Origin: an uncultured Brevinematales bacterium
Lineage (GTDB): Bacteria > Spirochaetota > Brevinematia > Brevinematales > JAOACQ01
Length of the DNA stretch: 64,000 nucleotides
Direction of reading: 5' to 3'
Assembly (NCBI GenBank): GCA_964413265.1
Contig: CAYPRX010000106.1
Span: 2,048 to 66,047, forward strand
The stretch's first letter is position 1. Each line of letters opens with the position of its first letter. The notes beneath the pieces were generated by a model, which had not been told where the DNA came from, ran no database searches, and saw only the letters and a list, made by a program, of their open reading frames with translations. A program made the translations under genes and the position numbers. Shown one piece after another: positions 47,895-57,898 of the stretch.

Positions 47895-48617
47895 ATGCGG
47901 ATAATGATAGATGATAAAATAATGATTCCCGAGGAAAGCATACATATCTGGCTTGCCGATATCGAAAAAGAAGGTCCCAATCATGAATGTCTCTCATGTA
48001 TTTTGTCGCCTGGAGAAAAGGAGAGGATAAAAAGGTTTGTTTTTGATAAGGACAAAAAACGGTTTTTAATCACTCATGGCCTATTAAGATTAATACTGGG
48101 ACGCTACACTGGCATTGCTCCAGACGCTTTACGGTTTTCAGTCATGGAGAAGGGGAAACCAGTCCTGGAAAATTCCGGCGGGAGGGATATAAGATTTAAT
48201 TTATCCCATTCGGGAAAGTATGTAATTTACGCTATTACTGAAAGAAGAGAAATAGGCATAGATATTGAATATATGAGGGAATTTTCCGATGCCGACAGGA
48301 TTGTCAATAGATTTTTCTCAAAAAGAGAAATTGAAGAGTACTTTAGGCTGGACCCAGGAATGAGAAAAAGGGCTTTTTTTAAATGCTGGACCCGTAAAGA
48401 GGCTTTTATCAAGGCCATTGGAAGGGGTTTTTATATGCCTCTGCGCAATTTTTCAGTCTCTCCAGACCCTGATGCTAAGTCCGGAATTGAAATACATCAG
48501 GAAAGCATACCGGACCGTAAATGGTCTATATATGATGTTGAACTTGAAGATGCCGATTATACCGCTTCTATTGCATATGAGGGTCAGCGGGCTGAAATCG
48601 CATACCTGAAATGGTAA
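47895..48617 (+). CDS. Sfp-type 4'-phosphopantetheinyl transferase
   Basis: GKP, FNLSHS, GIDIE, WTRKEAFIKAIG. Confidence 0.92.
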   Translation: MRIMIDDKIMIPEESIHIWLADIEKEGPNHECLSCILSPGEKERIKRFVFDKDKKRFLITHGLLRLILGRYTGIAPDALRFSVMEKGKPVLENSGGRDIRFNLSHSGKYVIYAITERREIGIDIEYMREFSDADRIVNRFFSKREIEEYFRLDPGMRKRAFFKCWTRKEAFIKAIGRGFYMPLRNFSVSPDPDAKSGIEIHQESIPDRKWSIYDVELEDADYTASIAYEGQRAEIAYLKW

Positions 48618-48660
48618 TCAGGTTATGGCCTGGCCTCTTCATATCCCCTACAATTTATAT

Positions 48661-48689
48661 TTGACTTACAATGCACAACACTTTATAGT
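48661..48689 (+). promoter_or_regulatory. sigma70 promoter of the dGTPase gene
   Basis: TTGACT-17bp-TATAGT. Confidence 0.55.
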
Positions 48690-48751
48690 ATAAAGGATTG
48701 CGTTCATTACTGCTATTTTTTTTCTTTATTTGAGGATGATTTGAAGGGCAT

Positions 48752-49981
48752 ATGAAAAAATTCCAGGAATTTTCTATTGAGAATCTCAAGGACAAATACG
48801 AAAACTCCATCCGAAGGGAATCACATATTTATGAAAGGGAAAATGAACTTAGAAGCCATTTTCAGAGGGATTACAACAGGATTCTGCATTCAAAATCATA
48901 CCGCAGATTGAAGCATAAGACCCAGGTATTTTTTGCAACAAAAAACGACCATGTGTGCACGAGAATAGAGCATGTGAACCATGTGTCGGCGATCAGCTAC
49001 ACCCTTGCATCTTTTCTTGGGCTTAATACCGAATTGACGAGTGCGATTGCCATAGGGCATGATATAGGGCACACACCTTTCGGACATACTGGAGAGGAGA
49101 TTTTGAATACGATCACCCAGAGAGAGCTTGGATTACATTTCTGGCATGAGATGAACAGCCTTTACTTCGTTGATAACATTGAATTGCTGCAGAATCCTCA
49201 AGGAAAGTACAATAATCTGAACTTAACCTATGGTGTCAGGGATGGGATATTATGCCACTGCGGAGAAAAGGATGATATGAATTTAATACCCAGGAATGAA
49301 GTGATAAAATTTGAATCCGTTACTAAAGAAGATCAGCCGTCTCCTTATACCTGGGAGGGTTGCATAGTCAGGATCGCTGATAAAATTGCCTTCCTCGGGA
49401 GAGATATCGAGGACGCTGTTTCGCTGAAAATAATAACAGGAAGCGAATTGAATAAACTGGCAAAAGAGGTCACCAGCGTAATAAGAGGCATAAATTTGGA
49501 GGAGATCAACAATACGAATATCATACATTATTTTATGGTCGACCTTTGCAAGAACAGCAGCCCCTTGAACGGGTTAAGATTCAGCGAATCGTTTGCGAAG
49601 CTACTGGTGTTCATCAAAGATTTCAGTCAGAATAATATTTATAAGTGCCGCAGACTTGAATATTTTAAAAATTATGCAGTTCTTGTTATTGAAACGATAT
49701 ATAGATCTCTGACAGATATGGATTTTGATTATGATATGGATAAAATGAGGCTTTTTTTAAGCCATCTTGGCAAGAATTTTGAACAGTTGATCAAGTACTT
49801 CAAAAAATGGCTTATAAAGTATTCGAATATATATAAAACTAGAGAGAATAAATATGAAGAGGTTAAAAAGCTTTATAACCTGGAAGACAAACTGCATTAT
49901 AAAAGGGCTGTAATTGATTTTATAGCGAGTATGACTGATACATTCGCCATCAAGCTATTTGAAGAGATAATCAGTTTTTAA
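48752..49981 (+). CDS. dgt: HD-domain dNTP triphosphohydrolase (dGTPase)
   Basis: RRLKHKTQV, TRIEH, GHDIGHTPFGH, ADKIA, DFIASMTD. Confidence 0.9.
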   Translation: MKKFQEFSIENLKDKYENSIRRESHIYERENELRSHFQRDYNRILHSKSYRRLKHKTQVFFATKNDHVCTRIEHVNHVSAISYTLASFLGLNTELTSAIAIGHDIGHTPFGHTGEEILNTITQRELGLHFWHEMNSLYFVDNIELLQNPQGKYNNLNLTYGVRDGILCHCGEKDDMNLIPRNEVIKFESVTKEDQPSPYTWEGCIVRIADKIAFLGRDIEDAVSLKIITGSELNKLAKEVTSVIRGINLEEINNTNIIHYFMVDLCKNSSPLNGLRFSESFAKLLVFIKDFSQNNIYKCRRLEYFKNYAVLVIETIYRSLTDMDFDYDMDKMRLFLSHLGKNFEQLIKYFKKWLIKYSNIYKTRENKYEEVKKLYNLEDKLHYKRAVIDFIASMTDTFAIKLFEEIISF

Positions 49982-50111
49982 AATATCCTTTTCCTGAAAA
50001 TCCTGCCTGGAAACTGCCGAAAGGCTTGTGAAAAATTGATTTTTATATTATACAATAATATAATTATCACCGGTGTTAAAAACCGGATGATTGATTAAAA
50101 AGGAGGCTTCT

Positions 50112-51212
50112 ATGGCCAAGATCAATTTCGGCGGAACACTTGAAGAAGTTGTAACTCGTGATGAATTCCCCCTTTCTAAAGCAAGGGATATATTAAAGGA
50201 CGAAGTAATAGCAATTTTAGGATACGGTGTTCAGGGCCCTGCCCAGGGACTGAACATGAAAGACAACGGTTTTAAGGTCCTTATTGGCCAATCAAAACAG
50301 TTTCCGAGGGACTGGGAGAGGGCTGTAAAAGATGGCTGGGTTCCCGGGAAGGACCTTTTCGAGCTGGATGAAGCGGCTGAAAAGGGTACTGTCATAATGA
50401 TGCTAGTAAGCGATGCGGCACAGAGACAGATATGGCCTATGGTTAAAAAGCATTTGAAAGAAGGCAATGCTTTATATTTTTCACATGGTTTCTCAATTGT
50501 ATATAAAAAGCAGACAGATGTCATTCCACCTTCCGATGTCGATGTCATAATGGTGGCTCCCAAGGGTTCCGGTACTTCAGTACGGAGGAATTTCCTTTCC
50601 GGGGCGGGTATAAATTCAAGTTTTGCCATTGCACAGGATTATACTAAAAAAGCCTATGAGAGGTGTATAGCGATAGGTATCGGAATAGGCTCCGGATATC
50701 TATTTCCTACTACTTTTGAAAAAGAGGTTTTCAGTGATCTAACAGGTGAAAGAGGAGTCTTAATGGGAGCTCTTGCAGGTATAATGGAAGCTCAGTACCA
50801 GACTTTAAGGGAAAACGGACATACACCCAGCGAGGCATTTAATGAGACTGTCGAAGAGTTGACTCAGAGCCTGATACGCCTGGTTGATGAAAATGGTATG
50901 GATTGGATGTATTCAAACTGTTCAGCCACCGCTCAGAGGGGAGCTTTGGATTGGAAACCCCGTTTCAAGGAAGCAGTACTTCCTACATTCAAGAAACTCT
51001 ATCAGAACGTAAAAGCCGGCGTAGAGACTGCGAGGGTTATTAAAGAGGGCAGCAGGCCGGATTACCAGGTGAGGCTTAATCAAGAACTTTTAACTATCAA
51101 AAACTCTGAAATGTGGCAGGCCGGTGCAGCTGTAAGGAGCCTTAGGCCGAAGGAACCTGTCAAAAAAATAGACTCGAATACGAAAGGAATATCCGGCAGG
51201 GATGAAGATTAG
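50112..51212 (+). CDS. ilvC: Ketol-acid reductoisomerase
   Basis: GYGVQG, FSHGF, VAPKGSG, DLTGERGVLMG; ATG 50112 with AGGAGG RBS. Confidence 0.96.
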   Translation: MAKINFGGTLEEVVTRDEFPLSKARDILKDEVIAILGYGVQGPAQGLNMKDNGFKVLIGQSKQFPRDWERAVKDGWVPGKDLFELDEAAEKGTVIMMLVSDAAQRQIWPMVKKHLKEGNALYFSHGFSIVYKKQTDVIPPSDVDVIMVAPKGSGTSVRRNFLSGAGINSSFAIAQDYTKKAYERCIAIGIGIGSGYLFPTTFEKEVFSDLTGERGVLMGALAGIMEAQYQTLRENGHTPSEAFNETVEELTQSLIRLVDENGMDWMYSNCSATAQRGALDWKPRFKEAVLPTFKKLYQNVKAGVETARVIKEGSRPDYQVRLNQELLTIKNSEMWQAGAAVRSLRPKEPVKKIDSNTKGISGRDED

Positions 51213-51228
51213 ATATTACCGCATACAA

Positions 51229-51258
51229 AGAATCGCCAGGCTCTTGCAAGGCGATTCT
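51229..51258 (+). terminator. Hairpin between ilvC and purC (no T tract)
   Basis: AGAATCGCC...GGCGATTCT inverted repeat. Confidence 0.4.
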
Positions 51259-51275
51259 CCTCATAAAGGAGACCT

Positions 51276-52169
51276 TTGATTCTTATGGAAAAAGCTGTAA
51301 CCCGAACCGGCATAAAGGAACTTAAAAAGCTTTTCAGCGGTAAGGTTCGCGATATTTACGAGGTGAAAGAAAGTACATGGCTTATTATTACTACTGACAG
51401 GATCTCAGCCTTCGACGTAGTGTTCGATGAAGGTATTCCTCAAAAGGGAATCATTCTGAATGCGATATCCAATAAATGGTTCAGCAGGATGAAATTCATT
51501 CCTAATCACATCATATCAGACGAACCGGGAACAGAATTGAAATTTCTCAATGGATACGAGGGTTTGTCCGAACGTTCGGTCTTAGTGAAAAAGGTGGACA
51601 GGTTTCCCGTCGAATGTGTTGTGCGGGGTTATCTTTTCGGCAGTGTTTATAATGAATATAAAAATAATGGAACTGCAGGTGGAAATAAATTGAAACCGGG
51701 TCTTGAGCTTGCCGAAAAACTGCCCGAGCCTATCTTTACACCCTCAACTAAAGAATCCGAAGGGCATGACAGGAATATAAGCTATACAGAGATGTGCGGG
51801 ATTATCAATAAAAAAAACGCCGACCGGATCATAGAATGCTCCATGAGAATATATAAGGAAGCCCTTTCAATTATGGAGAAAAATGGAATAATTCTCGCTG
51901 ATACGAAATTTGAATTCGGGCTTGATGAAAGCGGTGCTCTTATACTGATTGACGAAGTGCTCACGCCTGACTCTTCGCGTTACTGGGACAAAACGAGTTA
52001 TAAAACGGGGACAAGTCCTCAAAGTTATGATAAGCAGTTTGTAAGGGACTATCTTGATTCTATCGGGTGGGACAGGAATCCACCGGCTCCGCACCTGCCG
52101 CTGGAAATTATTATGAAAACGCGTGAAAAATATGGCGGACTTTTCAGCGTGATAGAAGAAATAGTGTGA
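51276..52169 (+). CDS. purC: SAICAR synthetase
   Basis: GKVRDIY, DRISAFD, DTKFEFG, DEVLTPDSSR. Confidence 0.96.
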   Translation: MILMEKAVTRTGIKELKKLFSGKVRDIYEVKESTWLIITTDRISAFDVVFDEGIPQKGIILNAISNKWFSRMKFIPNHIISDEPGTELKFLNGYEGLSERSVLVKKVDRFPVECVVRGYLFGSVYNEYKNNGTAGGNKLKPGLELAEKLPEPIFTPSTKESEGHDRNISYTEMCGIINKKNADRIIECSMRIYKEALSIMEKNGIILADTKFEFGLDESGALILIDEVLTPDSSRYWDKTSYKTGTSPQSYDKQFVRDYLDSIGWDRNPPAPHLPLEIIMKTREKYGGLFSVIEEIV

Positions 52170-52173
52170 TTTT

Positions 52174-52785
52174 ATGAAGATTGATGAAAATGAAGGAACA
52201 ACATCCGCAGCCGAAAACACACCACCAATAGCGCTCAGGTTCGCACCGGCTTGGAAAAGAGTATTATCTTATATAATCGACAGCATAATTTTGTTTTTGA
52301 TTCTAGCAATTTTTATTTTGACTGTCTATCACAAAGAATTGTTTCAGCTCATGAACGCTACAGTAGGGAGCGATTTTAAAAAATTCTCTGACAGTACTAT
52401 GGATTCCATTACACAGTCTGTTAATTCTTTTATCAATTCGCATATTTTACAGATCATAATAGCCAGGCTGGTTATTGAAGCCTCATACTTTTCGCTCAGC
52501 TGGAGCGGGGGCGGACAGACAATTGGCGGGAGGATCATGAAGATATTCGTAATGACTCTGGAAAGAAAAAGGCTGTCTATACTCCAGGGGATCGTACGTT
52601 ATATCATCATCTATCTGACCGGTTTGGCTTTCTATATCCTTCAGATCGTGCTATTTAACCGGGTCTATCAGCAGAGGATACATGATTTTTTTACCGGTTC
52701 TGTTGTTGTCGAAGTTCCGGTAATTAAACCCTCTGAAGGGGGTAAACAGGACGGCCGACTAGAAAGCTCCGACAGAACGGACTGA
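52174..52785 (+). CDS. RDD family membrane protein
   Basis: APAWKRVLSYIID, GQTIGGRIM, QRIHDFFTGS. Confidence 0.85.
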   Translation: MKIDENEGTTSAAENTPPIALRFAPAWKRVLSYIIDSIILFLILAIFILTVYHKELFQLMNATVGSDFKKFSDSTMDSITQSVNSFINSHILQIIIARLVIEASYFSLSWSGGGQTIGGRIMKIFVMTLERKRLSILQGIVRYIIIYLTGLAFYILQIVLFNRVYQQRIHDFFTGSVVVEVPVIKPSEGGKQDGRLESSDRTD

Positions 52786-53583
52786 TCATTTCAGGTTTAA
52801 TCTTACACCAATACAATTGATCAAGGTACGGTTTTTAAGATAATTCACTTTTGAAAGAACTGTCACTCTGAAGTTTTTAAATTCAAAATTGCTGCTTCCC
52901 TCAAGTAGTTTGAAGGCATCGTCTGAGGATTCAAAGGCTTCAAGGATTTCAGGGTTGGCAGATAAAACGAGACATTTCGATGAACCGGCAATAACAACTG
53001 AAAAAGGATAGACTTCGAATCCGGTTTTTTTCAATTCCTCGACCGAAAAGGTCATGGCTGCTCCTGCGCTTTTTTCCTCGAGCTTGATCATACGTGCTTT
53101 AGCGTCCGGAACAGCTTTGTCTATAGCCAGTTCAACCCAGTCCAGGAGCATATTTCTTATATCGGATATGTCGGTCATCGTGGCGAACATGTCTATCGCC
53201 GGACTTGAACCCACAGCCTTGGCAAGCCCCGACACTTCCTTGAGGTATTCATTCTTTTCAGAATCGGGTATATAATACATTATTACCAGATGGACTTTTT
53301 TACCGTCTGATGAACCGTAGTCTATGCCATGAGGTGACCATCCTACGGCGCATAAAAGCTCGCCCTTTTGCACCGTCCTCACATGAGGACAGGCTATTCC
53401 CATGCCTATTCCTGAGTTAAACTCATTTTCTCTTTTTTTTACTTCTCCTACAAGGTCCTGGCCGCTACCTATATCGGGTATAGCCTCAATGAGGAGTGCC
53501 AGGTATTCCAGAGCCTTATCTTTATCGTTTACAGGAAGTTCTACAAGCCTCCCTTCCTGCAAAGAGTTCAGCAAACTTTTCAT
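52786..53583 (-). CDS. PTS EIIA (fructose/Ntr-type) domain protein with C-terminal extension
   Basis: RE..FNSGIGMGIACPHVR phospho-His motif, GIDYGSSDGKKVHL. Confidence 0.8.
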   Translation of the reverse strand: MKSLLNSLQEGRLVELPVNDKDKALEYLALLIEAIPDIGSGQDLVGEVKKRENEFNSGIGMGIACPHVRTVQKGELLCAVGWSPHGIDYGSSDGKKVHLVIMYYIPDSEKNEYLKEVSGLAKAVGSSPAIDMFATMTDISDIRNMLLDWVELAIDKAVPDAKARMIKLEEKSAGAAMTFSVEELKKTGFEVYPFSVVIAGSSKCLVLSANPEILEAFESSDDAFKLLEGSSNFEFKNFRVTVLSKVNYLKNRTLINCIGVRLNLK

Positions 53584-56210
53584 ATTTTCACTCCGAATCT
53601 TTTATTAAACCAGGTTTTAACCGCCTGTACGAGTACTGAATAAAGGAGCATGAAACCTAAAATCCACACCCAGAAAATAAGCGGCAGCGGAGTAAGCTTG
53701 AACACCGGGGCAAATGGGGAATAGGGCAAATAAATACCTATAGCTACAATCGTGAGGGTTGTAATTGTAAGAGTAGCGCTTGCCCGGCTCTGAATAAATG
53801 GTATTCTGTTCGTCCGGAGGAAATGAACAACCATGGTCTGAGTGATGATGGATTCCACAAACCAGCCGGTATGGAAAAGAGTTTCATAATATGTTTTCAT
53901 GGCAGGGCTGGCCGAGGGACTTGTAAATAGTGCACAATTGAAGAAATACAGCATCAGGAAGAATGTCGCGTAATCGAATATGGAGCTTGTAGGGCCCAGA
54001 AATATCATGAATTTGCTTATAAAAGAAATTTCCCATTTCTGGGGTTTTTTAATGAAATCATCATCCACACTGTCAAGCGGAATACCTGTCTGAGAAATAT
54101 CATACATGAAATTATTTGTAAGTACCTGGATAGGCGCCATCGGAATAAAGGGGAGAAAATAGCTCGAACCAACCATGCTGAACATATTGCCGAAATTCGA
54201 ACTGGCCCCCATTTTTATATATTTGATAATATTTGCGAAAACCTTGCGGCCTTCTATTATTCCCTCTTTGAGAACCATCAGGCTTTTCTCCAGAAGGATA
54301 ATATCCGCCGATTCCTTGGCTATGTCGACAGCGGTATCCACAGATATGCCGACATCAGCCGCCTTCATTGCCGGCGCATCATTTATCCCGTCTCCCATGA
54401 AGCCTACAATGTGGTTCATACCTCTCAGTACTTTTATGATCATTTCCTTCTGTGCAGGGGAAAGTCTTGCGAAAACATTTGCCTCGGTAATGGCATTCCC
54501 AAGAGTTTTTTCATCCATTCCTGAAAGTTCATGGCCGGTTATGATCTTTTTTATATTAAGGCCGACATCACTGCATACCTTCTGAGTAACCAGTTCATTG
54601 TCACCGGTAAGTATCTTGACGTCTACACCGGAGTCTGAAAGCGCCTCGAGTGCCTTCGCGGCTGAATCTTTCGGCGGATCGAAAAACGCAACATATCCAA
54701 GCAGAATCATTTCTTTTTCATCCTCTGCAGAGAAATTATCACGGCCCTTCGGGAATTCCTTGTAGGCTATGGCAAGCAGCCTGTAGCCCTCAAGAGACAG
54801 CTGCCTGTATTCATCTAAAAGGTCGTTCCTGATCATATCTATTAGAGGGTATATATCATCGTCAACCTGGTAGCTGGAGCATACATTGTATACATCCTCC
54901 ACCGCTCCCTTGCAGATGAGGACAGGGGTGTCCTCCCATTCAATAACAACGGACATCCTCTTCCTGATAAAATCGAAAGGTATCTCGTCTAATTTCCTAG
55001 CAGTCTTCTCGACTGCAAGGTTTTCATGAGACAGGATAGCCCTGTCCATTAGATTTCGAAGGCCTGTCTGGTAATAGCTGTTCATATAAGCGTATAACAA
55101 AACATCGCTGCTTTTCCTGTTTGTTATATCGACATATCTTTCCAGAATAATATTGTCCTGAGTCAGAGTTCCTGTCTTGTCTGTGCAGAGAATGTTCATC
55201 GCTCCGAAATTCTGAATGGCTTTGAGCTTTTTTATGATTACCTTCTTGCGTGACATGGAAATAGCACCCTTGGATAAACAGACTGTCACTATCATGGGCA
55301 GCATTTCAGGGGTAAGGCCAACGGCTATAGATAAACCAAAGATAAAGGCTTCCGCCCAGTCATGTTTTGTAAGGCCTACGATCAGGAACACCATGCTTAC
55401 CATTACGATCATGAAGCGGATCATCAGCCATACGAAGGAACTAATGCCCTTATCAAAACCGGTAACTCCCTTTTCGCCGGCAAGAGCGCCTGAAACAGCA
55501 CCGAGCATCGTTCCGGTTCCTGTGATTACTACAACAGCCTTTGCAGTTCCGCTTACGACATTGCTGCCCTCAAAACAGGCATTGGAGAGTTCGATGGCTT
55601 CACTGACCTCCTGAGATTTTTCTGAAAATTTCTCAACAGGCATGGATTCACCGGTCAGTACTGACTGGCTTAAGAAGAAATCCTTTGCTGTGATGACCCT
55701 TACATCGGCTGGAATGATTGAACCGGCATTGAGAACTACTATATCGCCCGGAACTATGTCAGTTATGGGAATCTCAACCTCTTTTCCGCTTCTTAATGTC
55801 CGAACGCTGGTTTTTATAAGGCTTTTAAGGGCCTCGACTGCTCTGCCGGAGCGGGTTTCCTGAATAAAGGCTATAAAGACGCTGATCACTATCATTCCTG
55901 CAACTATGAACGGACTGGGATCTCCCGGGTCGCTTGTAAAGTAAAGGGCGACACAAATAACTACCAGCTGTATGACAAGGGGATCTTTGAATCTTAAGAG
56001 CAGATCCAGGAAATAATTCTTTTTCCGTTCTTTTTGCAGTATATTTCTGCCATAAGTTCTGAGGCGTTCTTCGGCTTCCCCGGCGTTTAGACCCTGAGCA
56101 CTTGTTTCCATCTTTTCCAGGGCTTTTTCCTCGCTTAACTTGCAGATGTCAATGAGTTTCATTGATTCGTCAGTATTCTTAGTCAGCTTGTTCATTCGAT
56201 CGCCATTCAT
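53580..56210 (-). CDS. mgtA: Magnesium-translocating P-type ATPase
   Basis: TGES, AVGLTPEMLP, DKTGTLT, GDGINDAP, ASSNFGNMFS, FHTGWFVES. Confidence 0.93.
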   Translation of the reverse strand: MNGDRMNKLTKNTDESMKLIDICKLSEEKALEKMETSAQGLNAGEAEERLRTYGRNILQKERKKNYFLDLLLRFKDPLVIQLVVICVALYFTSDPGDPSPFIVAGMIVISVFIAFIQETRSGRAVEALKSLIKTSVRTLRSGKEVEIPITDIVPGDIVVLNAGSIIPADVRVITAKDFFLSQSVLTGESMPVEKFSEKSQEVSEAIELSNACFEGSNVVSGTAKAVVVITGTGTMLGAVSGALAGEKGVTGFDKGISSFVWLMIRFMIVMVSMVFLIVGLTKHDWAEAFIFGLSIAVGLTPEMLPMIVTVCLSKGAISMSRKKVIIKKLKAIQNFGAMNILCTDKTGTLTQDNIILERYVDITNRKSSDVLLYAYMNSYYQTGLRNLMDRAILSHENLAVEKTARKLDEIPFDFIRKRMSVVIEWEDTPVLICKGAVEDVYNVCSSYQVDDDIYPLIDMIRNDLLDEYRQLSLEGYRLLAIAYKEFPKGRDNFSAEDEKEMILLGYVAFFDPPKDSAAKALEALSDSGVDVKILTGDNELVTQKVCSDVGLNIKKIITGHELSGMDEKTLGNAITEANVFARLSPAQKEMIIKVLRGMNHIVGFMGDGINDAPAMKAADVGISVDTAVDIAKESADIILLEKSLMVLKEGIIEGRKVFANIIKYIKMGASSNFGNMFSMVGSSYFLPFIPMAPIQVLTNNFMYDISQTGIPLDSVDDDFIKKPQKWEISFISKFMIFLGPTSSIFDYATFFLMLYFFNCALFTSPSASPAMKTYYETLFHTGWFVESIITQTMVVHFLRTNRIPFIQSRASATLTITTLTIVAIGIYLPYSPFAPVFKLTPLPLIFWVWILGFMLLYSVLVQAVKTWFNKRFGVKI

Positions 56211-56252
56211 TTACAGTCTCCCCGTACAAATATCAGTCCAGAAAAGTCTGAA

Positions 56253-56281
56253 ATTATAATTATGAAAATCTTTATTGTCAA
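56253..56281 (-). promoter_or_regulatory. Perfect-consensus sigma70 promoter of mgtA
   Basis: Minus strand TTGACA-17bp-TATAAT. Confidence 0.75.
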
Positions 56282-56358
56282 AAAAGGATTTATTCGGAGC
56301 TAATTATATAAATCGTAACTTACAAAGCTGAAATTTCAACTTGATTTAAGGCTGATAT

Positions 56359-57333
56359 TCAAACCGACGGTCGGAAATTGAGGAGAGAAAGAACCTCTTC
56401 CCGTTTTGGAAGAGACGGTATTGCACCCTTTCGTGAAACGCAGACGGTGGCAGCGGCACTGGCAAAGCGCATGCAGAAATCCATTCCGGTTTGTGTCAGA
56501 TGCCGAACATCCATGCAGGCTTCATGCAGGAGGGAATACAGGAAAGACCCAAAAAATGCGTCACCGGCCCCAGTAGTATCTATCACTTTTAAATCTGTAA
56601 ATGCACTCTGCCTGATAACCTTTCCGCAAAAATATGAATTCGACCCGTCAGCTCCCCTTGTCACAAGGAGAATAGGTGTATTAAATCTTTTTATTATAAT
56701 TTCAGCTCCCCTGTCTATTTCTTTTTCTCCGGTTATGAAAAATAATTCATCGTCCGAAACTTTTAATACCGAGGCATAGTGCATGACCGAAAGGATAGCC
56801 CTTTTTGCTTCATCAGAATTTTTCCAGAGAGGTTTACGAAGATTAGGATCATAGGATATATTAACTCCCGATTTTAATGCCGTCCGTAATGCGGCCATTG
56901 TTGCTTTTCTTGCACTTTTGTGAGTAAGTGATAGGGATCCGAAATGAAAAAAACGGGAATTTTTGATATGGTCAATACAGACTTCTGAGGGTTTTAAAAG
57001 AGTGTCTGCACTATTATTCCTGTAAAAACTGAAGTCCCTTTCCCCGTTTTCCTTGAGTTCAACAAAGGCAAGAGTGGTTAGAGCTTCTTTTGTAAGAACG
57101 AGTCCTGAATCATCTACATTTTCTTTTTTGAGAGTGTTTTTAAGGAAACGACCGAAAATGTCGTCACCAGCTTTTCCGATAAAGGCAGAGGACCCGCCGA
57201 GCCTTGCCACGCTGACAGCCAGATTAGCCGGAGCTCCTCCCGGGTTCCTCTCAAAGAGGAGGTTACAGTTATTCGAATTTCCCGCTGGAGTAAAATCAAT
57301 CAATATCTCTCCAAGAGAAGTTACATCGAACAT
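56359..57333 (-). CDS. PfkB family carbohydrate kinase (fructokinase-like)
   Basis: GEILIDF, PGGAPANLA, YDPNLR, DTTGAGDAF. Confidence 0.92.
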   Translation of the reverse strand: MFDVTSLGEILIDFTPAGNSNNCNLLFERNPGGAPANLAVSVARLGGSSAFIGKAGDDIFGRFLKNTLKKENVDDSGLVLTKEALTTLAFVELKENGERDFSFYRNNSADTLLKPSEVCIDHIKNSRFFHFGSLSLTHKSARKATMAALRTALKSGVNISYDPNLRKPLWKNSDEAKRAILSVMHYASVLKVSDDELFFITGEKEIDRGAEIIIKRFNTPILLVTRGADGSNSYFCGKVIRQSAFTDLKVIDTTGAGDAFFGSFLYSLLHEACMDVRHLTQTGMDFCMRFASAAATVCVSRKGAIPSLPKREEVLSLLNFRPSV

Positions 57334-57343
57334 TAAAATTCAC

Positions 57344-57889
57344 CTAAATTTGGCGCGGCTCTGCCGCGTTAATCGCGGGGTCAGTATAGATATCTGCATA
57401 ATCCCTGCTTTTTGTTGAAAATTCGGAGATAATTGCCCCTTTTGGACCTGCTTGAAACCAGTGAAGTGTGTCCGGGGGTAAAGTATACTGCCTGCCGGGT
57501 TTAAGAATGATCTCATGTCTTGCAGTAAAAAAAATTTCTTTACCCGCAGGAAGGATTGCTTTTATCTTAGCTGATGGTTCTCCGCTTGTGTAAAGGTAAA
57601 CTTCTCCCCACCTGCAACGAAAAGTCTCTTCTTTGCCGGGGCCATTTTCCACAGGGGGGTGGCGATGTTCCGGGCAGGTTTGCCGGGGAAATAATATCAA
57701 TTCCTTCGCACAGCAGCGTTCCGTATTGACGTATACAATAAGTTCGAGTCCTATGGATTCGGGCATTCCAAGATTGTATTCAGCTACTTCCATAGTGCCA
57801 GCCTCCTCGGGAGTTACGGCTATTGAGGCTTTTTTAAGGATTTGCAGGGCTCTGGACTTAAATTTAAGATAAATTTCTCTGGTCAGCAT
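57344..57889 (-). CDS. D-lyxose/D-mannose ketol-isomerase family cupin
   Basis: CAKEL..QTCPEHRHP, KEETFRCRWG, HWFQAG, SEFST. Confidence 0.88.
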   Translation of the reverse strand: MLTREIYLKFKSRALQILKKASIAVTPEEAGTMEVAEYNLGMPESIGLELIVYVNTERCCAKELILFPRQTCPEHRHPPVENGPGKEETFRCRWGEVYLYTSGEPSAKIKAILPAGKEIFFTARHEIILKPGRQYTLPPDTLHWFQAGPKGAIISEFSTKSRDYADIYTDPAINAAEPRQI

Positions 57890-57898
57890 AAAAGTCTC

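Noticed and set aside
47895-49981. Sfp PPTase and dGTPase as a biosynthetic cluster or anti-phage locus
   Set aside because: No NRPS/PKS or defence genes nearby; the dGTPase looks like the housekeeping type, next to ilvC and purC.
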